A stretch of DNA of 64,000 nt, from contig CAZJFL010000004.1 of NCBI GenBank assembly GCA_964545575.1, forward strand, positions 9,512 through 73,511, given 5' to 3'. The notes under the pieces were generated by a model. It had not been told where the DNA came from, did not search any database, and saw nothing but the letters and a program-made list of their open reading frames with translations. Below, piece by piece: positions 10,013 through 21,044 of this stretch. The stretch's first letter is position 1; the number at the start of each line of letters is the position of its first letter. The DNA is from an uncultured Planctomycetales bacterium. GTDB lineage: Bacteria; Omnitrophota; Gorgyraeia; Gygaellales; Profunditerraquicolaceae. Position numbers and translations under genes: made by a program.

Positions 10013-11170
10013 TTAGTTTGCTTTCTTGATCACCCGCAACGCCTCTCTTCTAGCCCGGGCATCGGCTTCCAGAATATCGTCTAAATCCGGGTTGGTTACA
10101 TTGCGATGTTGATCCAGAACTTTTCTCATCACGCCTGGTATAGCAAGAAAATCCAGCCTCTTTTTTAAAAACTCAGCTACCGCCACTTCATTAGCGGCAT
10201 TAAAGGCGCAAGGCGCCGTCCCCAACATCTCCGCCACCCGGTAAGATAATCCCAGGCAGGGAAACTTCCGGAAATCCGGCTTTTGGAAATTCAAGCTCTC
10301 TAACTTATATAAATCCACCCCCGGCAGCCGGTTACTTAGCCTGTCGGGGTAGGAAAGCGCATATTGTATAGGGATACGCATATCGGTAATGGATAGCTGT
10401 GCCAGCATTACCCCATCTATGAACTCGACCAGCGAATGTACGATCGCCTCCGGATGAATCAAGATCTTGATCTGGCGCGGGTGCACATTGAATAAATGCA
10501 TCGCCTCAAGCATCTCCAACCCCTTATTCATCAGATTAGCCGAGTCAACGCTGATTTTCTTTCCCATCCTCCACTTAGGATGCTTTAATACCTGCGCCAC
10601 GGAAATACCCCTCAGCTCTTCTTTTTTTATAGCCAGAAACGGCCCTCCCGAAGCGGTCAAATAAACGTTTTTTAGTTTACTCCTGTCTTCTCCGGCCAGG
10701 CACTGCCAGATTGCCGACTGCTCGCTATCTACCGGGATAATCTTTATCTTTTTCTTTTTTGCCCTATCGACGATGATTGCCCCGGCCATTACCAACGCTT
10801 CTTTATTGGCTAAGGCGATGGTCTTACCGCTGTCTATTGCCTTTAATAAAGGCGCAAGCGCGTCTGCGCCGCTGATCGCCACCATTACCTGGTCTATTTC
10901 TCGGCGGCTGACCAGGTGCTCTAAACCATTTTTACCGGCCAGGATTTTACTAGAGCCGCGTTTTATCTTTTTTTCAAGCCTTAAGGCTGCCCGCTCGTCG
11001 TTAACGCAAACGTAGGCGGGACGAAACTCCCTGATCTGACGGTATAAAACTTCTATATTGGAGTTTGCGCTTAAGGCCGCAACCGAAAAATGTTCCGGCA
11101 AGCTTCTGATGACTTCTACGGTACTCTGCCCTATAGAACCGGTAGAACCTAATATGGCAATACGCTTCAT
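10013..11170 (-). CDS. dxr: 1-deoxy-D-xylulose 5-phosphate reductoisomerase
   Basis: N-terminal NADPH-binding ILGSTGSIGQST; full-length Dxr architecture. Confidence 0.92.
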   Translation of the reverse strand: MKRIAILGSTGSIGQSTVEVIRSLPEHFSVAALSANSNIEVLYRQIREFRPAYVCVNDERAALRLEKKIKRGSSKILAGKNGLEHLVSRREIDQVMVAISGADALAPLLKAIDSGKTIALANKEALVMAGAIIVDRAKKKKIKIIPVDSEQSAIWQCLAGEDRSKLKNVYLTASGGPFLAIKKEELRGISVAQVLKHPKWRMGKKISVDSANLMNKGLEMLEAMHLFNVHPRQIKILIHPEAIVHSLVEFIDGVMLAQLSITDMRIPIQYALSYPDRLSNRLPGVDLYKLESLNFQKPDFRKFPCLGLSYRVAEMLGTAPCAFNAANEVAVAEFLKKRLDFLAIPGVMRKVLDQHRNVTNPDLDDILEADARARREALRVIKKAN

Positions 11171-11967
11171 GAATTGGTTAAAATGACGCTCATATAAAAA
11201 TAAAATGCCGGGCCGACAAAAAGCAAACTATCCACCACATCCAGCACCCCGCCTAAACCGGGAAAGATATCCCCGGTATCCTTTATTTCGCAGTCGCGCT
11301 TCATCAGCGATTCGGAAAGGTCACCTAGCTGGCCGAGGGCGCCGAAGGAAATGCCTATAAATAACAGGTGCAGATAAGATAAATCTACCAGCGGCTTACT
11401 GGCTAAGGCGGCGAGGATGCTGAAAATTAAGCCTCCCACAGCCCCTTCTACGGATTTCTTGGGGCTGATGCGCGGCATCAGCGGAGTCTTTCCGAAACGG
11501 CTGCCGACGAGATATGCCCCGATATCCCCGAGTTTCACCGTCAAAAGCACCATAGCGAATAACCCTAATCCTTGCGGCAAGTATCTTATCTTGATAAAGA
11601 AACTTAAAAACCAAGAGATATATAAAACCCCGAAGACTGTGGTTGAAATACCGATGATCGCCCCGGAATTTGATCGGCGCCGAAATTGCATAATGGTCAC
11701 AAACAGCATCGCCAGCAGCGCAAAAAATAATTCCCAGCTCCTGGTAAGCTCAAAGCGCAAAGATATCGAAAGCGGGATGATCGCCCCCATGCCGATACCG
11801 ACGTATTTATAGATATTTATCCCTTTATGCTCTAACATGGTGAAAAACTCGTAAAGCCCGGTAATAATAAAAGCGGTTATCACCAAGGCGCAGAGCCAGT
11901 CGATAAAAGTGGCTAGGGTAATAAAAATAATGAGCAAGGCTGAACTAATTATCCTTTTGGCCAACAT
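11167..11967 (-). CDS. cdsA: Phosphatidate cytidylyltransferase
   Basis: Polytopic membrane protein with C-terminal CTP-transferase signature (SxxKRxxxxKDxGxxxPGHGGxxDRxDS-like region); synteny uppS-cdsA-dxr. Confidence 0.85.
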   Translation of the reverse strand: MLAKRIISSALLIIFITLATFIDWLCALVITAFIITGLYEFFTMLEHKGINIYKYVGIGMGAIIPLSISLRFELTRSWELFFALLAMLFVTIMQFRRRSNSGAIIGISTTVFGVLYISWFLSFFIKIRYLPQGLGLFAMVLLTVKLGDIGAYLVGSRFGKTPLMPRISPKKSVEGAVGGLIFSILAALASKPLVDLSYLHLLFIGISFGALGQLGDLSESLMKRDCEIKDTGDIFPGLGGVLDVVDSLLFVGPAFYFYMSVILTNS

Positions 11968-12676
11968 TTACCCTCCCGAACCTACGCTCTCTTTCTTGAT
12001 AAATCTTAACCGCTTTTTTTAGGTCTCCACTCTTGAAATCCGGCCAGTAAATCTTGGGGAAATACAATTCGGCGTAAGAAAGCTGCCAGAGCAAAAAATT
12101 GCTCAGCCGCATTTCTCCGCTAGTGCGGATCAGGAGGTCCGGATCTGGCAGGCCCGCGGTATAGAGATAATTGTTAAAAAGCTCGGTATCTAAATCCTCT
12201 ATTTTAATTTCACCCCTGGCAGCCGCCCGGGCAAACTTAACTGCCGCATCCGCTATCTCCTGCCGGGAGCCGTAATTTAAAGCTAAAACCACGGTCAGGC
12301 CGTTGTTATTTTTGGTTTGCCTTTGCGCTTCTTGAATCTTAGCTTGCAGAAACTTCGGTAAAGGCTCATCCTTTCCGATCACTAACAAGCGTATATTATT
12401 CTTATGCAGTTCACTGACCTCGTTCTCCAGCACGCTAGCCAGATAACGCATCAGCATATTCACTTCCTGCTTGGGGCGAGACCAGTTTTCCGTGGAAAAA
12501 GCAAAAAAGGTGATCACCTCCACCCCTAACTCGGCTGCTGTTTTTATAGCTTCTTTGACGCGCTTAAAGCCTTCCCGATGGCCGGCAGTGCGCGCAAGCC
12601 TTCTCTCTTTTGCCCAGCGGCCGTTACCATCCATAATTATCGCGACATGCCTAGGAATACTTTTTTTATCAACCAT
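11945..12676 (-). CDS. uppS: Undecaprenyl pyrophosphate synthase
   Basis: HVAIIMDGNGRWA and other cis-prenyltransferase motifs. Confidence 0.92.
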   Translation of the reverse strand: MVDKKSIPRHVAIIMDGNGRWAKERRLARTAGHREGFKRVKEAIKTAAELGVEVITFFAFSTENWSRPKQEVNMLMRYLASVLENEVSELHKNNIRLLVIGKDEPLPKFLQAKIQEAQRQTKNNNGLTVVLALNYGSRQEIADAAVKFARAAARGEIKIEDLDTELFNNYLYTAGLPDPDLLIRTSGEMRLSNFLLWQLSYAELYFPKIYWPDFKSGDLKKAVKIYQERERRFGRVNVGQKDN

Positions 12677-12733
12677 CTAAACTTGGAATATAAAACCCTA
12701 AACACTAAACTCTTCCCGCACCAAATTATGAAA

Positions 12734-12760
12734 ATATAGCGGGATCCCGCTATAGCGGGA
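12734..12760. terminator. Perfect 20-bp palindrome TATAGCGGGA/TCCCGCTATA downstream of the GH57 gene; putative intrinsic terminator
   Basis: Seen directly; followed on the minus strand by an A/T-rich stretch. Confidence 0.35.
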
Positions 12761-12853
12761 AAATCCTAAACAAATACTAATTTCTAAATTCTAAACTGGT
12801 CGGTTTGGAACATTTGGATTTAGGATTTTGGATTTGTTTAGAGTTTAGGATTT
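12761..12853. repeat. AT-rich mirrored array of CTAAAC ... GTTTAG motifs (imperfect ~90-bp palindrome)
   Basis: aaatcctaaacaaat...ctaaattctaaac...gtttagagtttaggattt; left and right arms are reverse complements. Confidence 0.6.
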
Positions 12854-12872
12854 CGGATTTTAAAAAACTATT

Positions 12873-14450
12873 CTACTGATGTACTCTGTAATCTATATCC
12901 GGGAAGATATTGTCTTTACATTCTATGTCCGAGAGCCAATGTTCGTCTACGGAATTGGCTTTAATCTCTTCATATAGCCGCGTAAATCGAAGCAGGTGTT
13001 CTTTGGTGCGGCGGACAGCGTAGGTAGTATGCGTGCCGGTGCCCATAATGAATGCCCAATCAGAGCTCTGTGCCAGAAGCAACTCCCTTAATGCCTGATT
13101 CAGCGCCCGCCTTAAGAGGCCGTCGGCATTGCCGAAGCTGCCTGCCAGCTCGGTCATCCTTTCGGAGGCCGCGTGCAGGTGCCGGTAAATCCAGTCATTG
13201 GGCCCCTGCAGCCACATTTCATTATACCCTTTCCAGCCCCAGCTGGACATTGAAGGCGTAATTACCTGATTGCGCGGGTTTTCTATCAGGTACTCCGACG
13301 GCGTAATCAGGCGTATGGTATCCTGGTCAGAGACTATTTTGCGGATTAGAAAATCCAGCCACATCGGGCCTTCATACCACCAGTGGCCGTATAATTCGGC
13401 ATCGTAAGGAGAAACCAGAAGCGGTTTTTTATCCAGAAGATCAAAAAGGTATTCTGTTTGTTTCTGGCGGTTGAACATAAAATTACCGGCGTGCTCCGCA
13501 GCCTTCTCCTTTGCCCATTGCCAAACATACGGCTCCTTCTGATTTCCGGGCCCGGTAATGCGGTAATATTTTATCCCGGTGTTTATCCTTACTCCGTCGG
13601 GATGAATATAGGGCTTGATATAATCGTATTCCAGGTCAAAACCTATGTCGCGGTAAAACTCGCGGTAATGGTAATCTCCGGGATAGCCTTCGATGGAAGA
13701 CCAGACCTGTTTTGAGGATTCTAGGTCCCTGCCGAAACAGGCGACGCCGGACTTACAATACACCGGAGCAAATACCCCGTATTTCGGGCGGGGGCTGCCA
13801 TGCAAGACTCCGTGAGAATCAGTAAAAAAATATTTTATCCCGGCTTCTTTTATTATCTCGTCGTATCCGGGATGATAACCGCACTCAGGCAGCCAGATCC
13901 CTATAGGCCTCCTGCCGAATGTCTTCTCATAATGGCTTACTGCAACTTTAACCTGGGCCTTGATAGAAGGGCGCGTCACCTCCATTAAAGGAAAATACCC
14001 GTGCGTCGCCCCGCAGGTGATTATTTCCAGGTTCCCCGCATCCTGAAAGGCCTTGAAGGCACCAACGAGATTGCGGTTATAGCGCTGGAAGACGTTTCTA
14101 GCCTCATAGAAGTGGCCTAAATACATGTTCGCCAGATGCCCAAACTCCGGCTGCCAGCGCGTCCTTTCCGTTTCTTTGTGCGCCAGCTCAATCAATTTAT
14201 TGATATGCTTTAAATACCTCTCCTGCAGCAGCCCGTCTTGCAACATAGAAATCAGCGTGGGCGTCAGCGACATGGTGATACGAAAATCTACCCGGTCATT
14301 CAGCAGCCCCTCAAAGACCTGGATCAGCGGGATGTAAGTCTCGGTGATCGCCTCATAAAGCCAGTCTTCCTCTAGGAAGTCCTCGTGCTCCGGGTGGCGC
14401 ACATAGGGAAGGTGGCTGTGCAAGACTATGCAAAGGTAACCCTTATTCAT
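12873..14450 (-). CDS. GH57 family 1,4-alpha-glucan branching enzyme-like glycoside hydrolase
   Basis: N-terminal LHSHLPYVRHPE and overall GH57 architecture (Thermococcus-type branching enzyme), 525 aa. Confidence 0.8.
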   Translation of the reverse strand: MNKGYLCIVLHSHLPYVRHPEHEDFLEEDWLYEAITETYIPLIQVFEGLLNDRVDFRITMSLTPTLISMLQDGLLQERYLKHINKLIELAHKETERTRWQPEFGHLANMYLGHFYEARNVFQRYNRNLVGAFKAFQDAGNLEIITCGATHGYFPLMEVTRPSIKAQVKVAVSHYEKTFGRRPIGIWLPECGYHPGYDEIIKEAGIKYFFTDSHGVLHGSPRPKYGVFAPVYCKSGVACFGRDLESSKQVWSSIEGYPGDYHYREFYRDIGFDLEYDYIKPYIHPDGVRINTGIKYYRITGPGNQKEPYVWQWAKEKAAEHAGNFMFNRQKQTEYLFDLLDKKPLLVSPYDAELYGHWWYEGPMWLDFLIRKIVSDQDTIRLITPSEYLIENPRNQVITPSMSSWGWKGYNEMWLQGPNDWIYRHLHAASERMTELAGSFGNADGLLRRALNQALRELLLAQSSDWAFIMGTGTHTTYAVRRTKEHLLRFTRLYEEIKANSVDEHWLSDIECKDNIFPDIDYRVHQ

Positions 14451-14451
14451 A

Positions 14452-15450
14452 TTATTTTGTCTCTCTGTTGACTATCGGCGTAATCGCCCTTTTATCCTCG
14501 CCGTCAGAAGATACTGCTTCTACCGGAATGACCTGCTTGCCGTCGGGTAAAGCAAAACGCAAGGTAAAAGTCCCGTCCGGCCGAAGCTTAACCTCTCTGC
14601 CCTGAACAGTAACTTTTGCGTCGGCTTCAGTCGCGCCGTAAAGGATCAGTTCGGTATTTACTACCAGCCAGAAGCTTTTCTCTTTAACAGCTTTCTTTAC
14701 CGGACTCGCCATAGAAGCAATGCCGGAAGAAATAAATTCTCTTTTAATCTTCTGCTGCCAGCCTTTGCCGACGGGCGAACTCCTGCCCAGGCCCACCCCC
14801 ATCCCGTAAAGCCGGGCAAACATATCGTCGGGGATCATCCACTCCTCGTCAGTAATCCAGGAGGGGCCTTCGAGCGGGGTATGTACCACGTTAGAACGTA
14901 GTATGGTAATGAACCTGCCGCCGGGAAGTAATAACCCTAAATCCACGCACCATGACCTTCCCGGGCCGGCGGTATCGATATACCAGCTGTTAGCTTCTTC
15001 GTTGATCTGGATATCAAAAAAGCGGTGTGCGTTTTTGCCGTTAAAGATAATCTGGCTGACATCATAAACGCGCAGCACCCTCTTGGCTTTGTAAAAATCG
15101 TCTTTGAGTTCATGCCTTAACTTCTCTAGGGTTTCCGGCCTTATCTCCCAGTAAGCGTGTATCCACCAGGGATCGCGCACCTGCAGTATAATCTTATCTT
15201 TGCCGTATTGGTAAGGCAGCTCTTCAGGCATCATCCTGCGCACATGGGCAATCCCGGGATGGGAAAACTTTGCCTGCTGTATGGAAATCTCCTGTACGCC
15301 GGGTATCTCTTCTTTTACTTTCTTGGGAGCAGCCTTTATCTGTTTTTTTCTTGCGGTCGTCTTTCTCGCTAAGATTTTCTCTCCGGTCCTCTTTACTGCT
15401 TTCTTGTTTCTTGTTTTAGCGGCCATAAATCCCACCTCCTCAATGAGCAC
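14452..15450 (-). CDS. DUF4912 domain protein (GH57-associated), Lys-rich N-terminus
   Basis: Conserved WWIHAYWEI / EEWMIPDD region typical of DUF4912; immediately upstream of the GH57 gene as in other glycogen loci. Confidence 0.65.
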   Translation of the reverse strand: MLIEEVGFMAAKTRNKKAVKRTGEKILARKTTARKKQIKAAPKKVKEEIPGVQEISIQQAKFSHPGIAHVRRMMPEELPYQYGKDKIILQVRDPWWIHAYWEIRPETLEKLRHELKDDFYKAKRVLRVYDVSQIIFNGKNAHRFFDIQINEEANSWYIDTAGPGRSWCVDLGLLLPGGRFITILRSNVVHTPLEGPSWITDEEWMIPDDMFARLYGMGVGLGRSSPVGKGWQQKIKREFISSGIASMASPVKKAVKEKSFWLVVNTELILYGATEADAKVTVQGREVKLRPDGTFTLRFALPDGKQVIPVEAVSSDGEDKRAITPIVNRETK

Positions 15451-15607
15451 ATAAGTTACGGAGCGAAGCGACGTAACTTATAAGTGCGAATTGACCCCGC
15501 CCTTTCTTAATCTATCGGCTATTTATTTTAGAAAGGGCGGGGTAAGTTCAGCCAACAGACTTACGTTCATTTCCTGCCTGCCGGCAGGCAGGCATTCCGT
15601 AAGTCTG
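15448..15607. promoter_or_regulatory. Structured intergenic leader: three consecutive stem-loops including one copy of the CCTGCCTGCCGGCAGGCAGG palindrome element (15556-15607)
   Basis: Inverted repeats cacataagttacg/cgtaacttataagtg, accccgccctttct/agaaagggcggggt, and cagacttacg..cctgcctgccggcaggcagg..cgtaagtctg. Confidence 0.6.
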
Positions 15608-15620
15608 GGCTTCACTTAAT

Positions 15621-15649
15621 AAAAAAGGGGATCTCCATCCCCTTTTTAG
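15621..15649. terminator. Bidirectional rho-independent terminator (aaaaaaggggatctccatccccttttt)
   Basis: 9-bp GC-rich stem, 3-nt loop, U-runs on both strands; immediately 3' of the minus-strand gene ending at 15678. Confidence 0.65.
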
Positions 15650-15677
15650 AACAGAAATGTTCTCTTATGCTTACCCC

Positions 15678-16067
15678 CTACCTCATCTTTGATTTGGCGG
15701 ATTTGGCAGCTGCCAGAGCGTCTTTTAATTCTTCCTCGAGCTTTTCTTTAAGCTTGGTGACTTTATCCAAGTCATCCTTGAGGCTCTGGTTGATCAGCTG
15801 CTCCTGCTGCAATGCCTTTTTAGTATTCTCGTGCGCTGCCTTCTCTGTGTTCAATTCGTCGTTTAAACCCTTTAATTTATTATCGTTGGTAGTCTTCTCC
15901 TGCAAGAGCTTATTCATTTTATCTTCTAACTCAAACCTGGCAGCCGTTTCTTTATCTTTTGCCTTACCGTATTTATAGGCGTCGCCGCAAGAGCGCATGG
16001 CAATCAGAAAGAAAATCAGAGACATTATCCCCAGTATCGGAACAGCCCTATTTTTGATGCCCTCCAT
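15678..16067 (-). CDS. Hypothetical membrane-anchored coiled-coil protein
   Basis: N-terminal TM helix then a Lys/Glu-rich heptad-like region; no recognisable family. Confidence 0.45.
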   Translation of the reverse strand: MEGIKNRAVPILGIMSLIFFLIAMRSCGDAYKYGKAKDKETAARFELEDKMNKLLQEKTTNDNKLKGLNDELNTEKAAHENTKKALQQEQLINQSLKDDLDKVTKLKEKLEEELKDALAAAKSAKSKMR

Positions 16068-16081
16068 GGCCGCCTTCTCTT

Positions 16082-16735
16082 TTACTTAATCTTTTCTTTC
16101 GCCTCTGGCAAAGCCGGCTCTCTGCTACTTTGAGTTTCTTTTACTTTGCTGATCTGAGGCAAAATTACAATCTCTACCCTACGATTCAGCTGCCGGCCGT
16201 TTTTCGTATCGTTAGAGGCAACCGGCTGATATTCGCCGTAGCCGATTGCGGATAAGCGATCAGGAGAGATACCTTCATTGCCGATAAGATAATGCAGGAC
16301 GCTTAAGGCGCGCGCAGTAGATAGCTCCCAGTTTGATTTCCATCCCGAATGCTGAATAGGCACATTATCGGTATGCCCTTCTATTCCGACTTTTAATTCC
16401 GGCACATTTTCTTTTAAGACGCGCGCTACTTTATTCAGCATTTCGTATGCCTCCGGACGGATCTTGGCTTTTCCCGAATCGAATAAAACGTCTCCCACAA
16501 AAGTAATTACCAAGCCCTTTTCCATCATCTCTAACCTTACCTGCTTATCCTGGATCTCCTGAGAGAGCCTGTCTTCTAGCAGCTTCTTGGTACGGGCAAG
16601 CTCATCCAGCTGTCCGGATAAATCTTCTATCTTTTCTAGATCGGAACGTCTGCCTTTTTGGAAAATGACGGTGCAACCGGCGAGAAAAATGCCGATTAAG
16701 GCTACTAGGGCTATCTTCAATAGATTATTCTTCAT
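16082..16735 (-). CDS. OmpA/MotB-family peptidoglycan-binding lipoprotein
   Basis: Lipobox-like LAGCT, coiled-coil, then an OmpA-like domain (GHTDNVP...NRRVEIVI). Confidence 0.75.
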   Translation of the reverse strand: MKNNLLKIALVALIGIFLAGCTVIFQKGRRSDLEKIEDLSGQLDELARTKKLLEDRLSQEIQDKQVRLEMMEKGLVITFVGDVLFDSGKAKIRPEAYEMLNKVARVLKENVPELKVGIEGHTDNVPIQHSGWKSNWELSTARALSVLHYLIGNEGISPDRLSAIGYGEYQPVASNDTKNGRQLNRRVEIVILPQISKVKETQSSREPALPEAKEKIK

Positions 16736-16786
16736 GATTTTTCCTCCTTATTTAGCGGGAATTTAACTATAACACAATCAATAAGT

Positions 16787-19298
<2,512 letters not shown>

Positions 19299-19301
19299 TG
19301 G

Positions 19302-21044
19302 TTATCTCCTCTTATTTATTATTCCCCTTAATTCTTCTTTGCAGGGCTCGCCCGACGAACTGAATATTTCCTGATTATCCAAAAGATAAGTCGGGCCGAA
19401 CATAACCCCTAACTCCTTGTTTAATTTTACGTTCTCCCTTAAAAGATTTTTTCCTTCTTCGCCCCTGGCGCAGCTCTTGATTAGCTGTGCATCGAAACCC
19501 TCCAGGCAATCCTCCCACCAGGAAGTATCAAGGTTTCTCGTCCTGCAGGTAATATAATTCCAGAAATTTCCCGGATAATGTTTCTGCACGCAGAGGGAAC
19601 GCAAATACTCCTCGACTTCCAGTTTTCCTGCCTTGGCATCGAAATTATCCTGCTCTCCTACCGCCAGAAAATGTATTACCGGATTGAACTCTCTGGCTGC
19701 CTCCAGGACGCTTGCGGCATTCTTATCGTAGAGGCTAATAAATAAATCCAAGCTTCCCTTAAGCATTTTCCTTCCCAGAAAGTAAGAGATACCGCCGATC
19801 TCCGGCTTCAATAGATAAAAATCGCCCTTTTTCTCTAAGCCGTCTTTGAGGCCGGCAAACCCTTTTTGAGTTTCTGCCTCTTTGCTTAAAAAATATGCCG
19901 GTAGCCCCGTAATCTTATAATCTTTAATCAGCTTATCGGCTTTTGCATCGGGATAATATAAATAAGTAGCCCTGATGCCGGGAAAACTCTTTTTTAAAAA
20001 AGCAACGACCTTCTCGGTCTCACAAGCCCTGCAGGCCTTCGGGGTAATAATTAAAAGCGATATTTCCTGCGGTTTACTGAAGGCGCAGCTAGCGTCTAGA
20101 GTGCCGGGGTTTTTACAGGCGCCGATAAAACCGCTTTTTTTGCAATTGGCGTCGGAAAAACAATTCGGCAATACCGCAAGGACCGCCGGATCATCCGGAA
20201 TATCTTGAGAAAGACGCATCTCGTTCACTTCGTAATTGGTGATTTTATCTCCTTCCAGCGTCAAAACCGCCACGCCGAGCCTGCGCCCCTGCCAACCGGG
20301 CTTCATGATTAAAGTAGGGCCTGCCCGGTCAAAATAATCTCCCCGGGTATGCGAGCGGCCCAGAATCAGGATATCAATACCGCTAACCTCTTTAATTAAT
20401 TCCCGGCTCTCCTTCTCTTCCAGGTTGCTCAAGAGGATGATCACCGCCACTGCCTGTTTCTTCAATTCCCCCACTGCCTCTGCTACGGAAACTTTCGGGT
20501 CGCTCGCTTTTAGATCCCCGGATTTCTGCGCGGCTAAGGAAGAAGTTACGCCGATGATGCCTATTTTTATTCCGGCTAATTCTTTGATCAGATAGGGTTT
20601 AAACGCTGCGATATTAGCAGAGAGAAAAGGCAATTTTACCTTCTCTGCCATGCCGGATAAAAACTCTTTGCCGAAGTTAAGCTCATCATCCGAAACAGCT
20701 ACGGCATCATAGCGCATTAATTCCATTGCTTTGAGGTTTACCTCTGTGCGCTGCCGGTCGAGTTCTGTGTTCTGGGTATACTCATCGGTGACGCCGCCGG
20801 CAAAAAATCTGCCCGCGTCTAAAAGGAGCGTATCGGGGTTTTTCTTCCTGAGTTGCCTGATTAAAGTTGCCCGGCGCGCAACTCCTCCGTCGCGCTCAAC
20901 AGGACAGCTGCAGGGATAAAGCATGGCATGGGTATCGCCGGTATAGATAATAGTGATCTCCTTGGCATAGCAAGGGCTAATGACAAATAACAAAGCACAA
21001 ATGACAAATGCAATCCAAATAACAAATCCCAATTTGATCATCAC
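19302..21044 (-). CDS. Secreted metallophosphoesterase/5'-nucleotidase-like protein with C-terminal thioredoxin-like CxxC domain
   Basis: Signal peptide; GDTH..DAG..degenerate GNHEF-like motifs; C-terminal CRAC motif in a thioredoxin-like context. Confidence 0.45.
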   Translation of the reverse strand: MMIKLGFVIWIAFVICALLFVISPCYAKEITIIYTGDTHAMLYPCSCPVERDGGVARRATLIRQLRKKNPDTLLLDAGRFFAGGVTDEYTQNTELDRQRTEVNLKAMELMRYDAVAVSDDELNFGKEFLSGMAEKVKLPFLSANIAAFKPYLIKELAGIKIGIIGVTSSLAAQKSGDLKASDPKVSVAEAVGELKKQAVAVIILLSNLEEKESRELIKEVSGIDILILGRSHTRGDYFDRAGPTLIMKPGWQGRRLGVAVLTLEGDKITNYEVNEMRLSQDIPDDPAVLAVLPNCFSDANCKKSGFIGACKNPGTLDASCAFSKPQEISLLIITPKACRACETEKVVAFLKKSFPGIRATYLYYPDAKADKLIKDYKITGLPAYFLSKEAETQKGFAGLKDGLEKKGDFYLLKPEIGGISYFLGRKMLKGSLDLFISLYDKNAASVLEAAREFNPVIHFLAVGEQDNFDAKAGKLEVEEYLRSLCVQKHYPGNFWNYITCRTRNLDTSWWEDCLEGFDAQLIKSCARGEEGKNLLRENVKLNKELGVMFGPTYLLDNQEIFSSSGEPCKEELRGIINKRR

